From: a virus
Length of the DNA: 57,694 nucleotides
Strand: one strand, 5' to 3'
UHGV virus genome: UHGV-0135630
Of this stretch, positions 40,611 to 50,239 are shown in pieces. The notes under the pieces are model-generated. The model was not told the DNA's origin, searched no databases, and worked only from the letters and a program-made list of their open reading frames with translations. Numbering within the stretch: the stretch's first letter is position 1; every line of letters begins with the position of its first letter. The position numbers were made by a program, and so were the translations under genes.

Positions 40611-42296
40611 ATGAATACAGCCCTTTCCATCATCGACGATGCCAACTCAAACACTGCTATCGACTATCGGCAGGAAATGAACGTCATCCACGAAATTGTG
40701 GCCGAGTGCGAGAAAGAGATCGCCTTCATGTATCAGGTACACGACTTCGTTTATGGCGACGAACGCCACAACATGATTAATCGCCTGCTGAGACTAAACC
40801 ATCGACCAGATGAAGATCGCTCGCGTTTAAATCGAGGTTGGTTGGATAAAGTCGATCTGGAATGGGTGAAACAGAATATTTGGGCCGAGTACTGGAGGAA
40901 GGTCACGGACATGACTAACGTTTTGCTGATCATGCCAGCTTCCCGTCGAGATGAGTGGCGCGAGCAGTTTATAGAGGGCAAACAGGAAGTCATCAAAACT
41001 GACAGAACCGGCTACCAGATGAAGGTTAAAGAGTTCGTTGGTGTACCGGAGTTCAAAGCAGAAACGGTCATACCCACGATGCTTAATTTGCTGAATGACA
41101 GGCACAAATATCTCTCTGAGCGCGTGTATGGCTTGTTTAAGGCGCTGAGTCCTGCGCACAAGACAAATAAGACAAACGGTTTCAGCGAGCGGCTGATAAT
41201 CGCTGACTGCATTTCTGATTTCTGGCGGGACAGCGTTAGCGTGAACTATCGCAAAGAGGACTACATCGACGATCTGCGTGTCTTGCTTCATTTCTTCGCG
41301 CACAAAGAATTTATTACCATCAATCGCACTGCTGAGGTGCTATCAGCTGCGTATCGGGCAAACGACTGCCAGACCGGTGACTGGATGAACGTCGATGGAA
41401 ATCTGATGCGCGTGAAGATGTTCAAGAACGGCAACGTTCACTTTGAAATACATCCTGACGTGGCCTGGAAGTTGAATGAGGTGATGGCTTACAGTATGCC
41501 TGCTGCAATCCCCGCGCCATGTCGCACCGCGCCAAAAACACGGGCACCAAAGCAGTTCGGGTTAATCCAGAAGACGATCTCCGTGCCGGTTCGCACTGCG
41601 CTTCGTGACGGGCGATTGAGCAAAGACAAAGGCGTATGGTACTTCTCTGATTCAGCTCTCCAGAAGTCGCAGGTGGAAGAGCTTGAGCGCACACTGAGCT
41701 TCATTGGCGGCGTGCAGGAGAAAAAACACTGGCAGTTCCCGTATGAGATCGGCCATACGCTAAATACGATTGTGGCTACCGGATTAATACCGGATACAAA
41801 ATCACACCAGTTCTACCCTACCCCACGCTTGATTGCTGAGTACGTTGCCAGAGCCACTGAATTGAAGTCTGGTGAGAAGCTGCTGGAGCCTCAAGCCGGA
41901 CGTGGGGATCTTCTGGCCTATATCAACGCCGATCTGGAAGATGTTACCTGCATAGAAATCGCACCTCTCTTCGCTGATATCCTGCGCGGAAAAGGGTATA
42001 CGAACACGATTTGCTGCGACTTCATAAAGTGGTCTGAGGACAACGTAGGTTATCAGTTCGACAAAATCGTTATGAACCCGCCGTACTCGCTTGGTCGTCA
42101 TAGAGAGCACACGCTGGCTGCGCTGGGGCATCTGAAAGTCGGCGGGCGTCTTGTAGCAGTATTGCCGGGCACTGCGCCAATACTGGACTGGATGACGATG
42201 GATAATTACGTTTATGCCAGAGGGAAGTCGTTTACCAACGAGTTTGAAGACACAGGGATCACAGTCAGCGTATACGTTTTCAAACGCGTTAAATGA
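40611..42296 (+). CDS. DNA methyltransferase with large N-terminal domain of unknown function
   Basis: 561 aa; C-terminal third has EPQAGRGDL and IVMNPPY; N-terminal about 360 aa unassigned. Confidence 0.65.
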   Translation: MNTALSIIDDANSNTAIDYRQEMNVIHEIVAECEKEIAFMYQVHDFVYGDERHNMINRLLRLNHRPDEDRSRLNRGWLDKVDLEWVKQNIWAEYWRKVTDMTNVLLIMPASRRDEWREQFIEGKQEVIKTDRTGYQMKVKEFVGVPEFKAETVIPTMLNLLNDRHKYLSERVYGLFKALSPAHKTNKTNGFSERLIIADCISDFWRDSVSVNYRKEDYIDDLRVLLHFFAHKEFITINRTAEVLSAAYRANDCQTGDWMNVDGNLMRVKMFKNGNVHFEIHPDVAWKLNEVMAYSMPAAIPAPCRTAPKTRAPKQFGLIQKTISVPVRTALRDGRLSKDKGVWYFSDSALQKSQVEELERTLSFIGGVQEKKHWQFPYEIGHTLNTIVATGLIPDTKSHQFYPTPRLIAEYVARATELKSGEKLLEPQAGRGDLLAYINADLEDVTCIEIAPLFADILRGKGYTNTICCDFIKWSEDNVGYQFDKIVMNPPYSLGRHREHTLAALGHLKVGGRLVAVLPGTAPILDWMTMDNYVYARGKSFTNEFEDTGITVSVYVFKRVK

Positions 42297-42409
42297 TAGG
42301 TAAATGCTTACTTAATTTATGTAAGAATGTAGTAATTAAACGATAAGAGAAAAACACATGAACAACCTCCATTCATGCCTGATCAACCTATTCTGATGGT
42401 CACATCCAG

Positions 42410-42619
42410 ATGGTCATTAACAGTCATGAGAAAGGCTGGGCTGCGATCGTCCCATGCAAAATTACATACAAGTTGGCGAAAGAAGTTAAAGAGCTTCGAA
42501 ACGCCAGTAGCGAATCGGAGTCTACCAAAGCCGCAATAAACACTCTTATTCGCATGGGGTTCACATGGAACGGTGGAGCTTACTGGCAAGCACCTCAACC
42601 CATTTTATCCGGCAATTAG
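42410..42619 (+). CDS. hypothetical protein (uncertain)
   Basis: 69 aa ORF; a 12-codon mini-ORF with consensus start context lies just upstream. Confidence 0.3.
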   Translation: MVINSHEKGWAAIVPCKITYKLAKEVKELRNASSESESTKAAINTLIRMGFTWNGGAYWQAPQPILSGN

Positions 42620-42799
42620 GCGCCACAAATCCTTCTGCATGAATAAATAAAGGCCATAACTTATGGCCTTAAATAAATTGTTTTCTACCTTTTCTTGTTT
42701 GTGAAAATAACCACAACTAGAAAACAACGGAGTTAAGAATGTCTCGTATTTCCGAAGCACATATGTTCGCCGCTGGCATCCGTATCAAAGGAGAATGAT

Positions 42800-43471
42800 A
42801 TGACCACTATAACCAGAGAAAGCGCGGAGATTAAATCATTCATCAATGGCTTCCTGAGCGACCCGGCGCATGATAACCAATCTTCAGACAGCCTGCTTGC
42901 CAATGTGTTTCGTATCGCACAGGCATCGCTGGAAGCAAAACCAATAGGAGCATTCCACATTGCAGAACAGCAAGTTGACGGCACAAGTGACTACCTCAAG
43001 GATGGAGAATGGCCTATTGATAATGGGACAATTGAAGTATACGCCGTCCCACCAGTGCCAGTAGTACCGGAAGAAAAACCAATGCCTAACCCTCTTAGCA
43101 TGTACGCGGTTGATGCTGTTGCTGCTATTGCAGAGGTGAGAGGCTGGAATGCCTGCCGCGCCGCCATGCTTCAGAGTCAAGATAGTGGCATTAAGGATGG
43201 TTGGATAAGCTGTAGTGAGCAGATGCCTGTAATTGGCGAGCTAAATTGGAGAACTAGTTTTCCTTTGCTGATTACGTGTGAGATGGGCGTTATACCAGCT
43301 TATTACGGCTTTGTGAGCGTTAATGGGGATAAGCATTATGGTTTTATGGAAAGTTTTAAATACGGAGACGATCGCGGCGGCCATCCTCAAACTAATGAAT
43401 ATGGTCTGATTAGCAATGTAACCCACTGGATGCCACTACCAGAACCGCCACAGGAGTCGAAGAGTGAATAA
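42800..43471 (+). CDS. phage protein of unknown function, DUF551-like C-terminus
   Basis: 223 aa; C-terminal THWMPLPEPP pattern; preceded by a 19-codon upstream mini-ORF. Confidence 0.5.
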   Translation: MTTITRESAEIKSFINGFLSDPAHDNQSSDSLLANVFRIAQASLEAKPIGAFHIAEQQVDGTSDYLKDGEWPIDNGTIEVYAVPPVPVVPEEKPMPNPLSMYAVDAVAAIAEVRGWNACRAAMLQSQDSGIKDGWISCSEQMPVIGELNWRTSFPLLITCEMGVIPAYYGFVSVNGDKHYGFMESFKYGDDRGGHPQTNEYGLISNVTHWMPLPEPPQESKSE

Positions 43472-43685
43472 AGCAGAGTTATTTCAGAAAATATCGGCTC
43501 TCGCGACTGAATGCCACGCTATAGCATCTGAGCTTGATGTTGGCGATGAACGAACCGAGATGTTCGAAATATACAGTGTGCTGCGCAATCTCTGTCGGCG
43601 TGGCTACGCCACTCAAGTAGGGCGAATGACTAACCCACTACTCTCAACCTGTGATGAGGATGAGTCGGATGAGGATGACGAATGA
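43464..43685 (+). CDS. hypothetical protein
   Basis: 73 aa overlapping neighbours. Confidence 0.4.
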   Translation: MNKAELFQKISALATECHAIASELDVGDERTEMFEIYSVLRNLCRRGYATQVGRMTNPLLSTCDEDESDEDDE

Positions 43686-44065
43686 CGCATAAATCAGCAG
43701 CCGGAGAGCTTCAGAAGGAAGTCGAAAATACTACCGTTCTATTGGACGATATTTTAAACATTCTCGCGCTTCTTGAGGCTGGCGATTGGTCAGAACATTG
43801 CACTAAAACGGAGTTAGGCGGTCGGCTTGAAAGAGAGATTACACGACTGATTAGCGATGCCCAAAATGATTTGTCACCTGAGCATCTCCCCTGCGATGTA
43901 GTTCTTGTGCCAGGGATGAGGATACACGAAGGCGTCAGAACGAAAACATTATTAACCGCATTACAGAGAAGAGCCGAACTAAGCTCGCGGATAAAGTTGA
44001 TGCCATCCAAAATATTTGATGTCGTCAAATTTACGCCATCGCAACATACTGAGAGAGATAAATGA
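43682..44065 (+). CDS. hypothetical protein
   Basis: 127 aa. Confidence 0.45.
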   Translation: MTHKSAAGELQKEVENTTVLLDDILNILALLEAGDWSEHCTKTELGGRLEREITRLISDAQNDLSPEHLPCDVVLVPGMRIHEGVRTKTLLTALQRRAELSSRIKLMPSKIFDVVKFTPSQHTERDK

Positions 44066-44694
44066 GCACGGTAGCGAAAGATCTCACAGAAGATATTCTC
44101 AATGAAATTATTGCTGGTGCAAATACCTCGCTTGAGCAACTTCTTGCGTTAGCACTGAGAGCCGAACGTCGAGACAGAAATCGTTTTTATGAGCGATTAC
44201 CAGGGAAACGGCCAGATAGATCAGATGAAGAAGGTTGCGATATAGACTACATGGAGCCTTCAGAGATTTATCAACTTGGTAAAGATGACGGCTGGAACGC
44301 TTATCACGATGCTGTGATGAAGTTGGATGAAAAAGTTAAACCTCTTTCTCGACCAGTAGATCACGGTTTCCGCGATAACTGCGAATGCTCTAGTTGCCAG
44401 ACTACGGCCCGTATTTGTTCCGAATTAACAGATAAGCCCAGCCTAATCTACGAAGTTAATGTAGGTGGTAATACATGGGTCGAATGCACAAGAGCTGCAT
44501 ACGTAAGAGCAAAAGATAAGGGTGAATTAACCAGAGTTGTTACCCATCACCCAAATAATGAGCTTAAAGCTCACCAGATTCGAGAACTGGTGAACGAGTT
44601 GCGGGATATTGCGGTTACGTACCACGGAACGCAGCAATTGAGGGAGAAGATTGCCAGAGCAGTGAACAACTCAATTAGATCAGAAAGTATGTAG
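44062..44694 (+). CDS. hypothetical protein
   Basis: 210 aa; followed by hairpin ggccccatttgggatggggcc. Confidence 0.5.
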   Translation: MSTVAKDLTEDILNEIIAGANTSLEQLLALALRAERRDRNRFYERLPGKRPDRSDEEGCDIDYMEPSEIYQLGKDDGWNAYHDAVMKLDEKVKPLSRPVDHGFRDNCECSSCQTTARICSELTDKPSLIYEVNVGGNTWVECTRAAYVRAKDKGELTRVVTHHPNNELKAHQIRELVNELRDIAVTYHGTQQLREKIARAVNNSIRSESM

Positions 44695-44744
44695 CCAATA
44701 CGATAAAATGGCCCCATTTGGGATGGGGCCGGTAACAACTAGCG

Positions 44745-44828
44745 TTATGGGCGCTGGTTGACGTACTCAATGATCGCTTCAATAATTGCGAACATCGGCG
44801 GCACGATTTTGAACAGTAAGTTAACCAT
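44745..44828 (-). CDS. candidate small hydrophobic peptide (27 aa), possibly toxin-like
   Basis: Hand translation MVNLLFKIVPPMFAIIEAIIEYVNQRP; GAGG RBS 7 nt upstream; next to SOS-regulated umuD-like locus. Coordinates approximate. Confidence 0.2.
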   Translation of the reverse strand: MVNLLFKIVPPMFAIIEAIIEYVNQRP

Positions 44829-45132
44829 AACAGGCCTCACTTAGTTTTATCGCGCCTAGCTGCAAATACCTTTGAGCTTGCCTTTGCAGTTGCAATATCT
44901 GTAGTCGCCAGATACTTACGGCACGATTTCGAGTTAAGGTAAGGTTTGAGAGTCACCAAAAACCTGGACTTAAATCTTCTTTGAGAACAACGATGTTTAG
45001 TAAATGGTCATTATTACCTGGTATGACCACTCAACGCTTCTTGATGAATCCAGTACATTCGGTTAATCTTAATTCAGTCGCCAGATACTTATGGCTCAGG
45101 AACAGAGACGCAAACTCTGTTTCCTTTTAAAA

Positions 45133-45158
45133 AGCCCAGCCTAGTCAACTGGGCTTTT
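45133..45158 (+). terminator. rho-independent terminator candidate
   Basis: aaagcccagcctagtcaactgggcttttt. Confidence 0.4.
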
Positions 45159-45456
45159 TAACGTCTGTTTTTTAACCCAACACACCCTCAATACTGCAAC
45201 ATCAGTGTCTTGCAACCTAAGATAGTGTCTGTAGGTTCTTCATGCAAGTGCATAACTCAGTGGATAACTCATGAAGGAAAAAGTAGCTTCCGCGCAATTT
45301 AGACCAGACAAGGTCTTCGCAAAAGTCAACGGAAAGAGAAAAATTTGTTAAAAATAACGTTTGTTGTAATTGTATATATTTATGCCTTTCAATAGTTAGC
45401 ATCTTATTAACATCTTTTTTAAGAGACAGAGTTCAAAAATATATAGCTTTAACATA

Positions 45457-45476
45457 TACTGTATGTATATACAGCA
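45457..45476. promoter_or_regulatory. LexA box TACTGTATGTATATACAGCA
   Basis: Near-consensus SOS box (CTGT-N8-ACAG with TA-rich spacer) about 17 bp upstream of the umuD-like ATG. Confidence 0.7.
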
Positions 45477-45492
45477 TTAAGAGGCGAGTATT

Positions 45493-45882
45493 ATGGGCTT
45501 CCCTTCTCCTGCGGCGGATTATGCTGAGAGCCGTATTTCTCTTGATCAGCACATAATTAGACATCCTTCAGCTACCTACTTCATGAGAGCAACTGATAGC
45601 CATCAGCGTGAGGGAATATTGCAGGGTGCATTGCTGGTGGTCGATTCCTCACTTACCCCGGTTGATGGTTCTCTGCTTGTGTGCGCTATGGAGGGGGAAT
45701 ATCGCGTAAAAAGATACCGGAAGTATCCACGTCAGCATCTGGAGGATTTAAGAACCGGTAAGAAGGAAACATTGCCAAAGGATGATGATGGATGCACGGG
45801 CAGCAATGCCGTGTTTGGAGTGATCACTCACATTATCAACGACGCAAGAAGTGGCGAATTTGATGATTGTCCTGTGATGTAG
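45493..45882 (+). CDS. umuD: UmuD-like S24 peptidase (orphan, no umuC partner)
   Basis: 129 aa; GFPSPAADY N-terminus, Ser in ATDSHQ, Lys in EYRVKR, C-terminal FGVITHIIN; LexA box upstream. Confidence 0.7.
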   Translation: MGFPSPAADYAESRISLDQHIIRHPSATYFMRATDSHQREGILQGALLVVDSSLTPVDGSLLVCAMEGEYRVKRYRKYPRQHLEDLRTGKKETLPKDDDGCTGSNAVFGVITHIINDARSGEFDDCPVM

Positions 45883-45892
45883 GAGAGCTGAT

Positions 45893-45917
45893 TAGGCGGT
45901 GCAATGCACCGCCTTTT
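45893..45917. terminator. bidirectional terminator hairpin between umuD-like and apbC
   Basis: aggcggtgcaatgcaccgcctttttat. Confidence 0.5.
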
Positions 45918-45919
45918 TA

Positions 45920-47020
45920 TCACACTGCGCGGAATGCGATTTCGCCAGGTATTACTTCGCCTTGCCAATACATTTGTGCGGCAACGCGATCTGCGAGGTC
46001 ACGGTAAATAGCAGTAAATTCGCTGTCTGGGCGACTAATAACGGTTGGTGTTCCGTTATCCAGATCTTCACGAAGTGAGATATGAAGAGGCATTTGGCCT
46101 AACAACTGCGTGTTGTATTTCTCTGCCAGCTTCTCTGCACCACCGGTGCCAAAAATTGGCTCGTGATGACCGCAGTTACTGCAAATATGCACACTCATGT
46201 TTTCGACGATACCCAGTACCGGCACTTCGACTTTTTCGAACATCACAATGCCTTTCTTCGCATCGATCAGCGCGATATCTTGCGGCGTAGTTACCACCAC
46301 AGCACCCGTTACAGGAATGTTCTGCGCCAGCGTCAACTGAATATCACCAGTGCCAGGCGGCATATCGAGAACGAGATAGTCCAGATCAGGCCACAATGTT
46401 TCCTGCAACATCTGCATCAGCGCCTTGCTAGCCATCGGTCCGCGCCACACCATTGCATTGTCGTCGGTGACCAGATAACCAATAGAGTTGGTTGCCAGGC
46501 CATGAGACATGATAGGTGCCATGTGAGTACCGTCCGGTGAGGTTGGACGTTGGTTTTCCGCGCCCAGCATGGTTGGAATTGATGGCCCGTAGATATCGGC
46601 ATCCAAAATACCAACTTTCGCACCTTCAGCAGCCAACGCCAGTGCCAGGTTTACCGCCGTTGAGGATTTACCCACGCCGCCCTTGCCTGAGCTTACGGCG
46701 ATAATATTCTTAACGCCATTAATGCCTGGTTGGTTTTTGACGCGCTTAAGCGTGGCAATGTTGTACGACAGCTTCCAGTCAATAGCCTTTGCGCCAGTGA
46801 TACGGAGCAGATCACCACTACATTGCTCTTTCAGGTCTTCAAAAGGCTTATTCCACACAAAAGGCATGATCAGTTCGACATGCAGTGTGTCATCCATCAA
46901 CGCAACATGGTGTAACGCTTTAAGCGTTGTCAGGTTGTGTTTCAGGGTTGGGTGCTGAAAATTAGCCAGCGTACCGGCTACCATTGCTCTCAGGGCATCC
47001 GGCGATTTGGACTCGCTCAT
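45920..47020 (-). CDS. apbC: iron-sulfur cluster carrier ATPase ApbC/Mrp
   Basis: 366 aa; Walker A SGKGGVGKSS; CxxC motif; collinear with E. coli Mrp as recalled. Confidence 0.9.
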   Translation of the reverse strand: MSESKSPDALRAMVAGTLANFQHPTLKHNLTTLKALHHVALMDDTLHVELIMPFVWNKPFEDLKEQCSGDLLRITGAKAIDWKLSYNIATLKRVKNQPGINGVKNIIAVSSGKGGVGKSSTAVNLALALAAEGAKVGILDADIYGPSIPTMLGAENQRPTSPDGTHMAPIMSHGLATNSIGYLVTDDNAMVWRGPMASKALMQMLQETLWPDLDYLVLDMPPGTGDIQLTLAQNIPVTGAVVVTTPQDIALIDAKKGIVMFEKVEVPVLGIVENMSVHICSNCGHHEPIFGTGGAEKLAEKYNTQLLGQMPLHISLREDLDNGTPTVISRPDSEFTAIYRDLADRVAAQMYWQGEVIPGEIAFRAV

Positions 47021-47177
47021 CCCGTCTCCTTTATTTTAATTTGCGCAATTGTCGCCTTGTAGTGTACTCCAGCTACGACATTTAATCATTTATGAGAAAT
47101 GCTGTTATCACATGGCAGACATAAGACCATTTTGTTACTATCAAGCCCCTTTTCACTACAAAGAAGTAATGCCTACT

Positions 47178-49211
47178 ATGACCCAAGTCGCGAAGAAAAT
47201 TCTGGTGACGTGCGCACTGCCGTACGCTAACGGCTCAATCCACCTCGGCCATATGCTGGAGCACATCCAGGCTGATGTCTGGGTTCGTTACCAGCGAATG
47301 CGCGGCCACGAGGTTAATTTCATCTGTGCCGACGATGCCCACGGTACGCCGATCATGCTGAAAGCCCAGCAGCTTGGTATTACCCCGGAGCAGATGATTG
47401 GCGAAATGAGTCAGGAGCATCAGACTGATTTCGCAGGCTTTAATATCAGCTACGACAACTATCACTCGACGCACAGCGAAGAGAACCGTCAGTTGTCTGA
47501 GCTTATCTATACTCGCCTGAAAGAGAACGGTTTTATTAAAAACCGCACCATCTCTCAGTTGTACGACCCGGAAAAAGGTATGTTCCTGCCGGATCGTTTT
47601 GTGAAAGGCACCTGCCCGAAATGTAAAGCGCCAGATCAATACGGCGATAACTGTGAAGTCTGCGGCGCGACCTACAGCCCGACTGAACTGATTGAACCGA
47701 AATCGGTGGTTTCTGGCGCTACGCCGGTAATGCGTGATTCTGAACACTTCTTCTTTGATCTGCCCTCTTTCAGCGAAATGTTGCAGGCATGGACCCGCAG
47801 CGGTGCGTTGCAGGAGCAGGTGGCAAACAAAATGCAGGAGTGGTTTGAATCCGGCTTGCAACAGTGGGATATCTCCCGCGATGCGCCTTACTTCGGTTTT
47901 GAAATTCCGAACGCGCCGGGTAAATATTTCTACGTCTGGCTGGACGCGCCGATTGGCTACATGGGTTCCTTCAAGAATCTGTGCGACAAGCGCGGCGACA
48001 CTACCAGCTTCGATGAATACTGGAAGAAAGACTCTACCGCTGAGCTGTACCACTTCATCGGTAAAGATATCGTTTACTTCCACAGCCTGTTCTGGCCAGC
48101 AATGCTGGAAGGCAGCAACTTCCGCAAGCCGACTAACCTGTTTGTTCATGGCTATGTGACAGTGAACGGCGCGAAGATGTCCAAGTCTCGTGGCACCTTC
48201 ATTAAGGCCAGCACCTGGCTGAATCATTTTGACGCTGACAGCCTGCGTTACTACTACACTGCGAAACTCTCTTCGCGTATTGATGATATCGACCTGAATC
48301 TGGAAGATTTCGTTCAGCGCGTAAATGCCGATATCGTCAACAAAGTAGTGAACCTGGCCTCCCGTAACGCTGGCTTTATCAACAAGCGTTTTGACGGCGT
48401 GTTGGCAAGCGAACTGGCTGCCCCTGAACTGTACAAAACCTTTACTGATGCCGCTGAAGTTATTGGCGAAGCGTGGGAAAGCCGCGAATTTGGTAAAGCG
48501 ATCCGTGAAATCATGGCGCTGGCTGATCTGGCTAACCGCTATGTCGATGAACAGGCTCCGTGGGTGGTGGCGAAGCAGGAAGGACGCGATGCCGATCTGC
48601 AGGCGATTTGCTCTATGGGCATTAACCTGTTCCGCGTGCTGATGACTTACCTGAAACCGGTACTGCCGAAACTGACAGAACGTGCGGAAGCATTCCTGAA
48701 TACGGAACTGACCTGGGATGGCATCCAGCAACCGCTGTTGGGCCACAAAGTGAATCCGTTCAAGGCACTGTATAACCGTATCGATATGAAACAGGTGGAA
48801 GCACTGGTGGAAGCATCCAAAGAAGAAGTGAAAGCAACTGCCGCGCCAGTTACTGGCCCGCTGGCTGATGATCCGATTCAGGAAACCATCACCTTTGACG
48901 ACTTCGCCAAAGTTGACCTGCGCGTGGCGCTGATTGAAAACGCAGAGTTTGTTGAGGGTTCTGACAAGCTGCTGCGCCTGACGCTGGATCTCGGTGGCGA
49001 AAAACGCAATGTCTTCTCCGGCATTCGTTCTGCTTACCCAGCCCCACAGGCACTGATTGGTCGTCACACCATTATGGTGGCTAACCTGGCTCCGCGTAAA
49101 ATGCGCTTCGGTATCTCCGAAGGCATGGTGATGGCTGCTGGCCCTGGCGGGAAAGATATCTTCCTGTTAAGCCCGGATGCTGGTGCTAAACCTGGCCACC
49201 AGGTTAAGTAA
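47178..49211 (+). CDS. metG: methionyl-tRNA synthetase
   Basis: Begins [26 protein letters not shown] (HIGH-type motif), KMSKS present, C-terminal tRNA-binding domain; start moved to the internal Met of the 720 aa ORF. Confidence 0.95.
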   Translation: MTQVAKKILVTCALPYANGSIHLGHMLEHIQADVWVRYQRMRGHEVNFICADDAHGTPIMLKAQQLGITPEQMIGEMSQEHQTDFAGFNISYDNYHSTHSEENRQLSELIYTRLKENGFIKNRTISQLYDPEKGMFLPDRFVKGTCPKCKAPDQYGDNCEVCGATYSPTELIEPKSVVSGATPVMRDSEHFFFDLPSFSEMLQAWTRSGALQEQVANKMQEWFESGLQQWDISRDAPYFGFEIPNAPGKYFYVWLDAPIGYMGSFKNLCDKRGDTTSFDEYWKKDSTAELYHFIGKDIVYFHSLFWPAMLEGSNFRKPTNLFVHGYVTVNGAKMSKSRGTFIKASTWLNHFDADSLRYYYTAKLSSRIDDIDLNLEDFVQRVNADIVNKVVNLASRNAGFINKRFDGVLASELAAPELYKTFTDAAEVIGEAWESREFGKAIREIMALADLANRYVDEQAPWVVAKQEGRDADLQAICSMGINLFRVLMTYLKPVLPKLTERAEAFLNTELTWDGIQQPLLGHKVNPFKALYNRIDMKQVEALVEASKEEVKATAAPVTGPLADDPIQETITFDDFAKVDLRVALIENAEFVEGSDKLLRLTLDLGGEKRNVFSGIRSAYPAPQALIGRHTIMVANLAPRKMRFGISEGMVMAAGPGGKDIFLLSPDAGAKPGHQVK

Positions 49212-49233
49212 TTAAACAACCTCTGTTCGCAAT

Positions 49234-49257
49234 GCCCGGCAACACGCTGGGCATTTT
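49234..49257 (+). terminator. rho-independent terminator after metG
   Basis: gcccggcaacacgctgggc + ATTTT. Confidence 0.55.
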
Positions 49258-49370
49258 CATATAGACACAATCCCTCCTGATTTACACATGCCCTAAAACA
49301 ATTTGTTTTCTGTGTTTTGTTATTTGAGATAATAAAGCACATAAGAAAACAAGTTGTTTAGGAGATGAAG

Positions 49371-49613
49371 ATGTTTGGAACAGCAAAAGAAATCATCGAG
49401 AAATTGAAAAACTATCCAGAAGACGAACCCTTACTCATGGTTATGTGGCACAAAGAAGATATTGCTGAAGTAAGGACAGATCTCACTGATGAACAATGCG
49501 TACAGGTGATGCAAAAAATCAGACAATGCCATAACGCTGATGTCGGCGTTAATTGGGAGGTTATATCCACTACGGCGAATGAGTTGTTTCCAAACGGGGA
49601 GAGGGGATGTTAA
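49371..49613 (+). CDS. hypothetical protein
   Basis: 80 aa; motif A upstream. Confidence 0.4.
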   Translation: MFGTAKEIIEKLKNYPEDEPLLMVMWHKEDIAEVRTDLTDEQCVQVMQKIRQCHNADVGVNWEVISTTANELFPNGERGC

Positions 49614-49906
49614 ATATTACTCAATCCTACCAGGTGGCATTGATCAGTTCATCTCATACATCAGAGGAAGATGCTCGCCGATTCATGATCGCAAGCAATG
49701 AGCTGGATTGGATTTCACAAATTGAGTACGGTTGCATAGTTCACGCCGGGTTACAGGATGATGACTGGAAAGATAACTTGCGTCGATATGGTATATCCGA
49801 GGGCGCGATTGCGAACATTCAGAAGGTACTTGATGCAGGCTTTGACTCTGTACATTTTGATTGTGGCGCACCGGTCGTTGAAGGGCTTGAGTGCTGGCAA
49901 TGGTAA
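49607..49906 (+). CDS. hypothetical protein
   Basis: 99 aa overlapping previous stop. Confidence 0.4.
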   Translation: MLNITQSYQVALISSSHTSEEDARRFMIASNELDWISQIEYGCIVHAGLQDDDWKDNLRRYGISEGAIANIQKVLDAGFDSVHFDCGAPVVEGLECWQW

Positions 49907-49942
49907 TCCGGTAATCGCTTCATACTAGATAACGGAGAATTT

Positions 49943-50128
49943 ATGCTTAAAGAAGACTCATATCTACTAAAGGCGCTTGAAATGCGTGGCGTTGAACCTA
50001 CAGTGAAAAACGCTCACGATTTCTACCTTCAGTTTTCGCCAGAGCTGAAACAGCTCATAAATAAATATGGAGTGAATGACTCCAGCGTCAAAGCCATGAT
50101 AGATGATGAATTAGACCATCTCATCTAA
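49943..50128 (+). CDS. hypothetical protein
   Basis: 61 aa. Confidence 0.35.
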   Translation: MLKEDSYLLKALEMRGVEPTVKNAHDFYLQFSPELKQLINKYGVNDSSVKAMIDDELDHLI

Positions 50129-50239
50129 CCAAACCGTTGATAATGGCGGTCATAATTTGATTTTTTTCTATAAGAATCCGTTGATCGCCACTACTCCCCT
50201 TCCATACCTGCAATCACATCCTTAAATATCAATAGGTTA

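Larger units (their letters stand above)
1..45890. mobile_element. phage-plasmid-like element segment (P1-type RepA replicon plus T4-like DNA metabolism genes)
   Basis: Gene content and RepA/iteron organisation; lower GC than the apbC-metG block; element-specific motifs recur throughout. Right boundary approximate. Confidence 0.5.

Noticed and set aside
47235-49067. 610 aa minus-strand ORF antisense to metG, and other long antisense ORFs inside large genes (e.g. 2804..3538, 5317..5733, 6308..6939, 23773..24157).
   Set aside because: They lie wholly inside well-supported genes on the opposite strand, lack RBS and have biased low-complexity composition; typical antisense artefacts.
47049-49211. 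720 aa version of metG with a 43-residue N-terminal extension.
   Set aside because: Canonical MetG starts at MTQVAKK (47178); the extension runs through the divergent apbC/metG promoter region.
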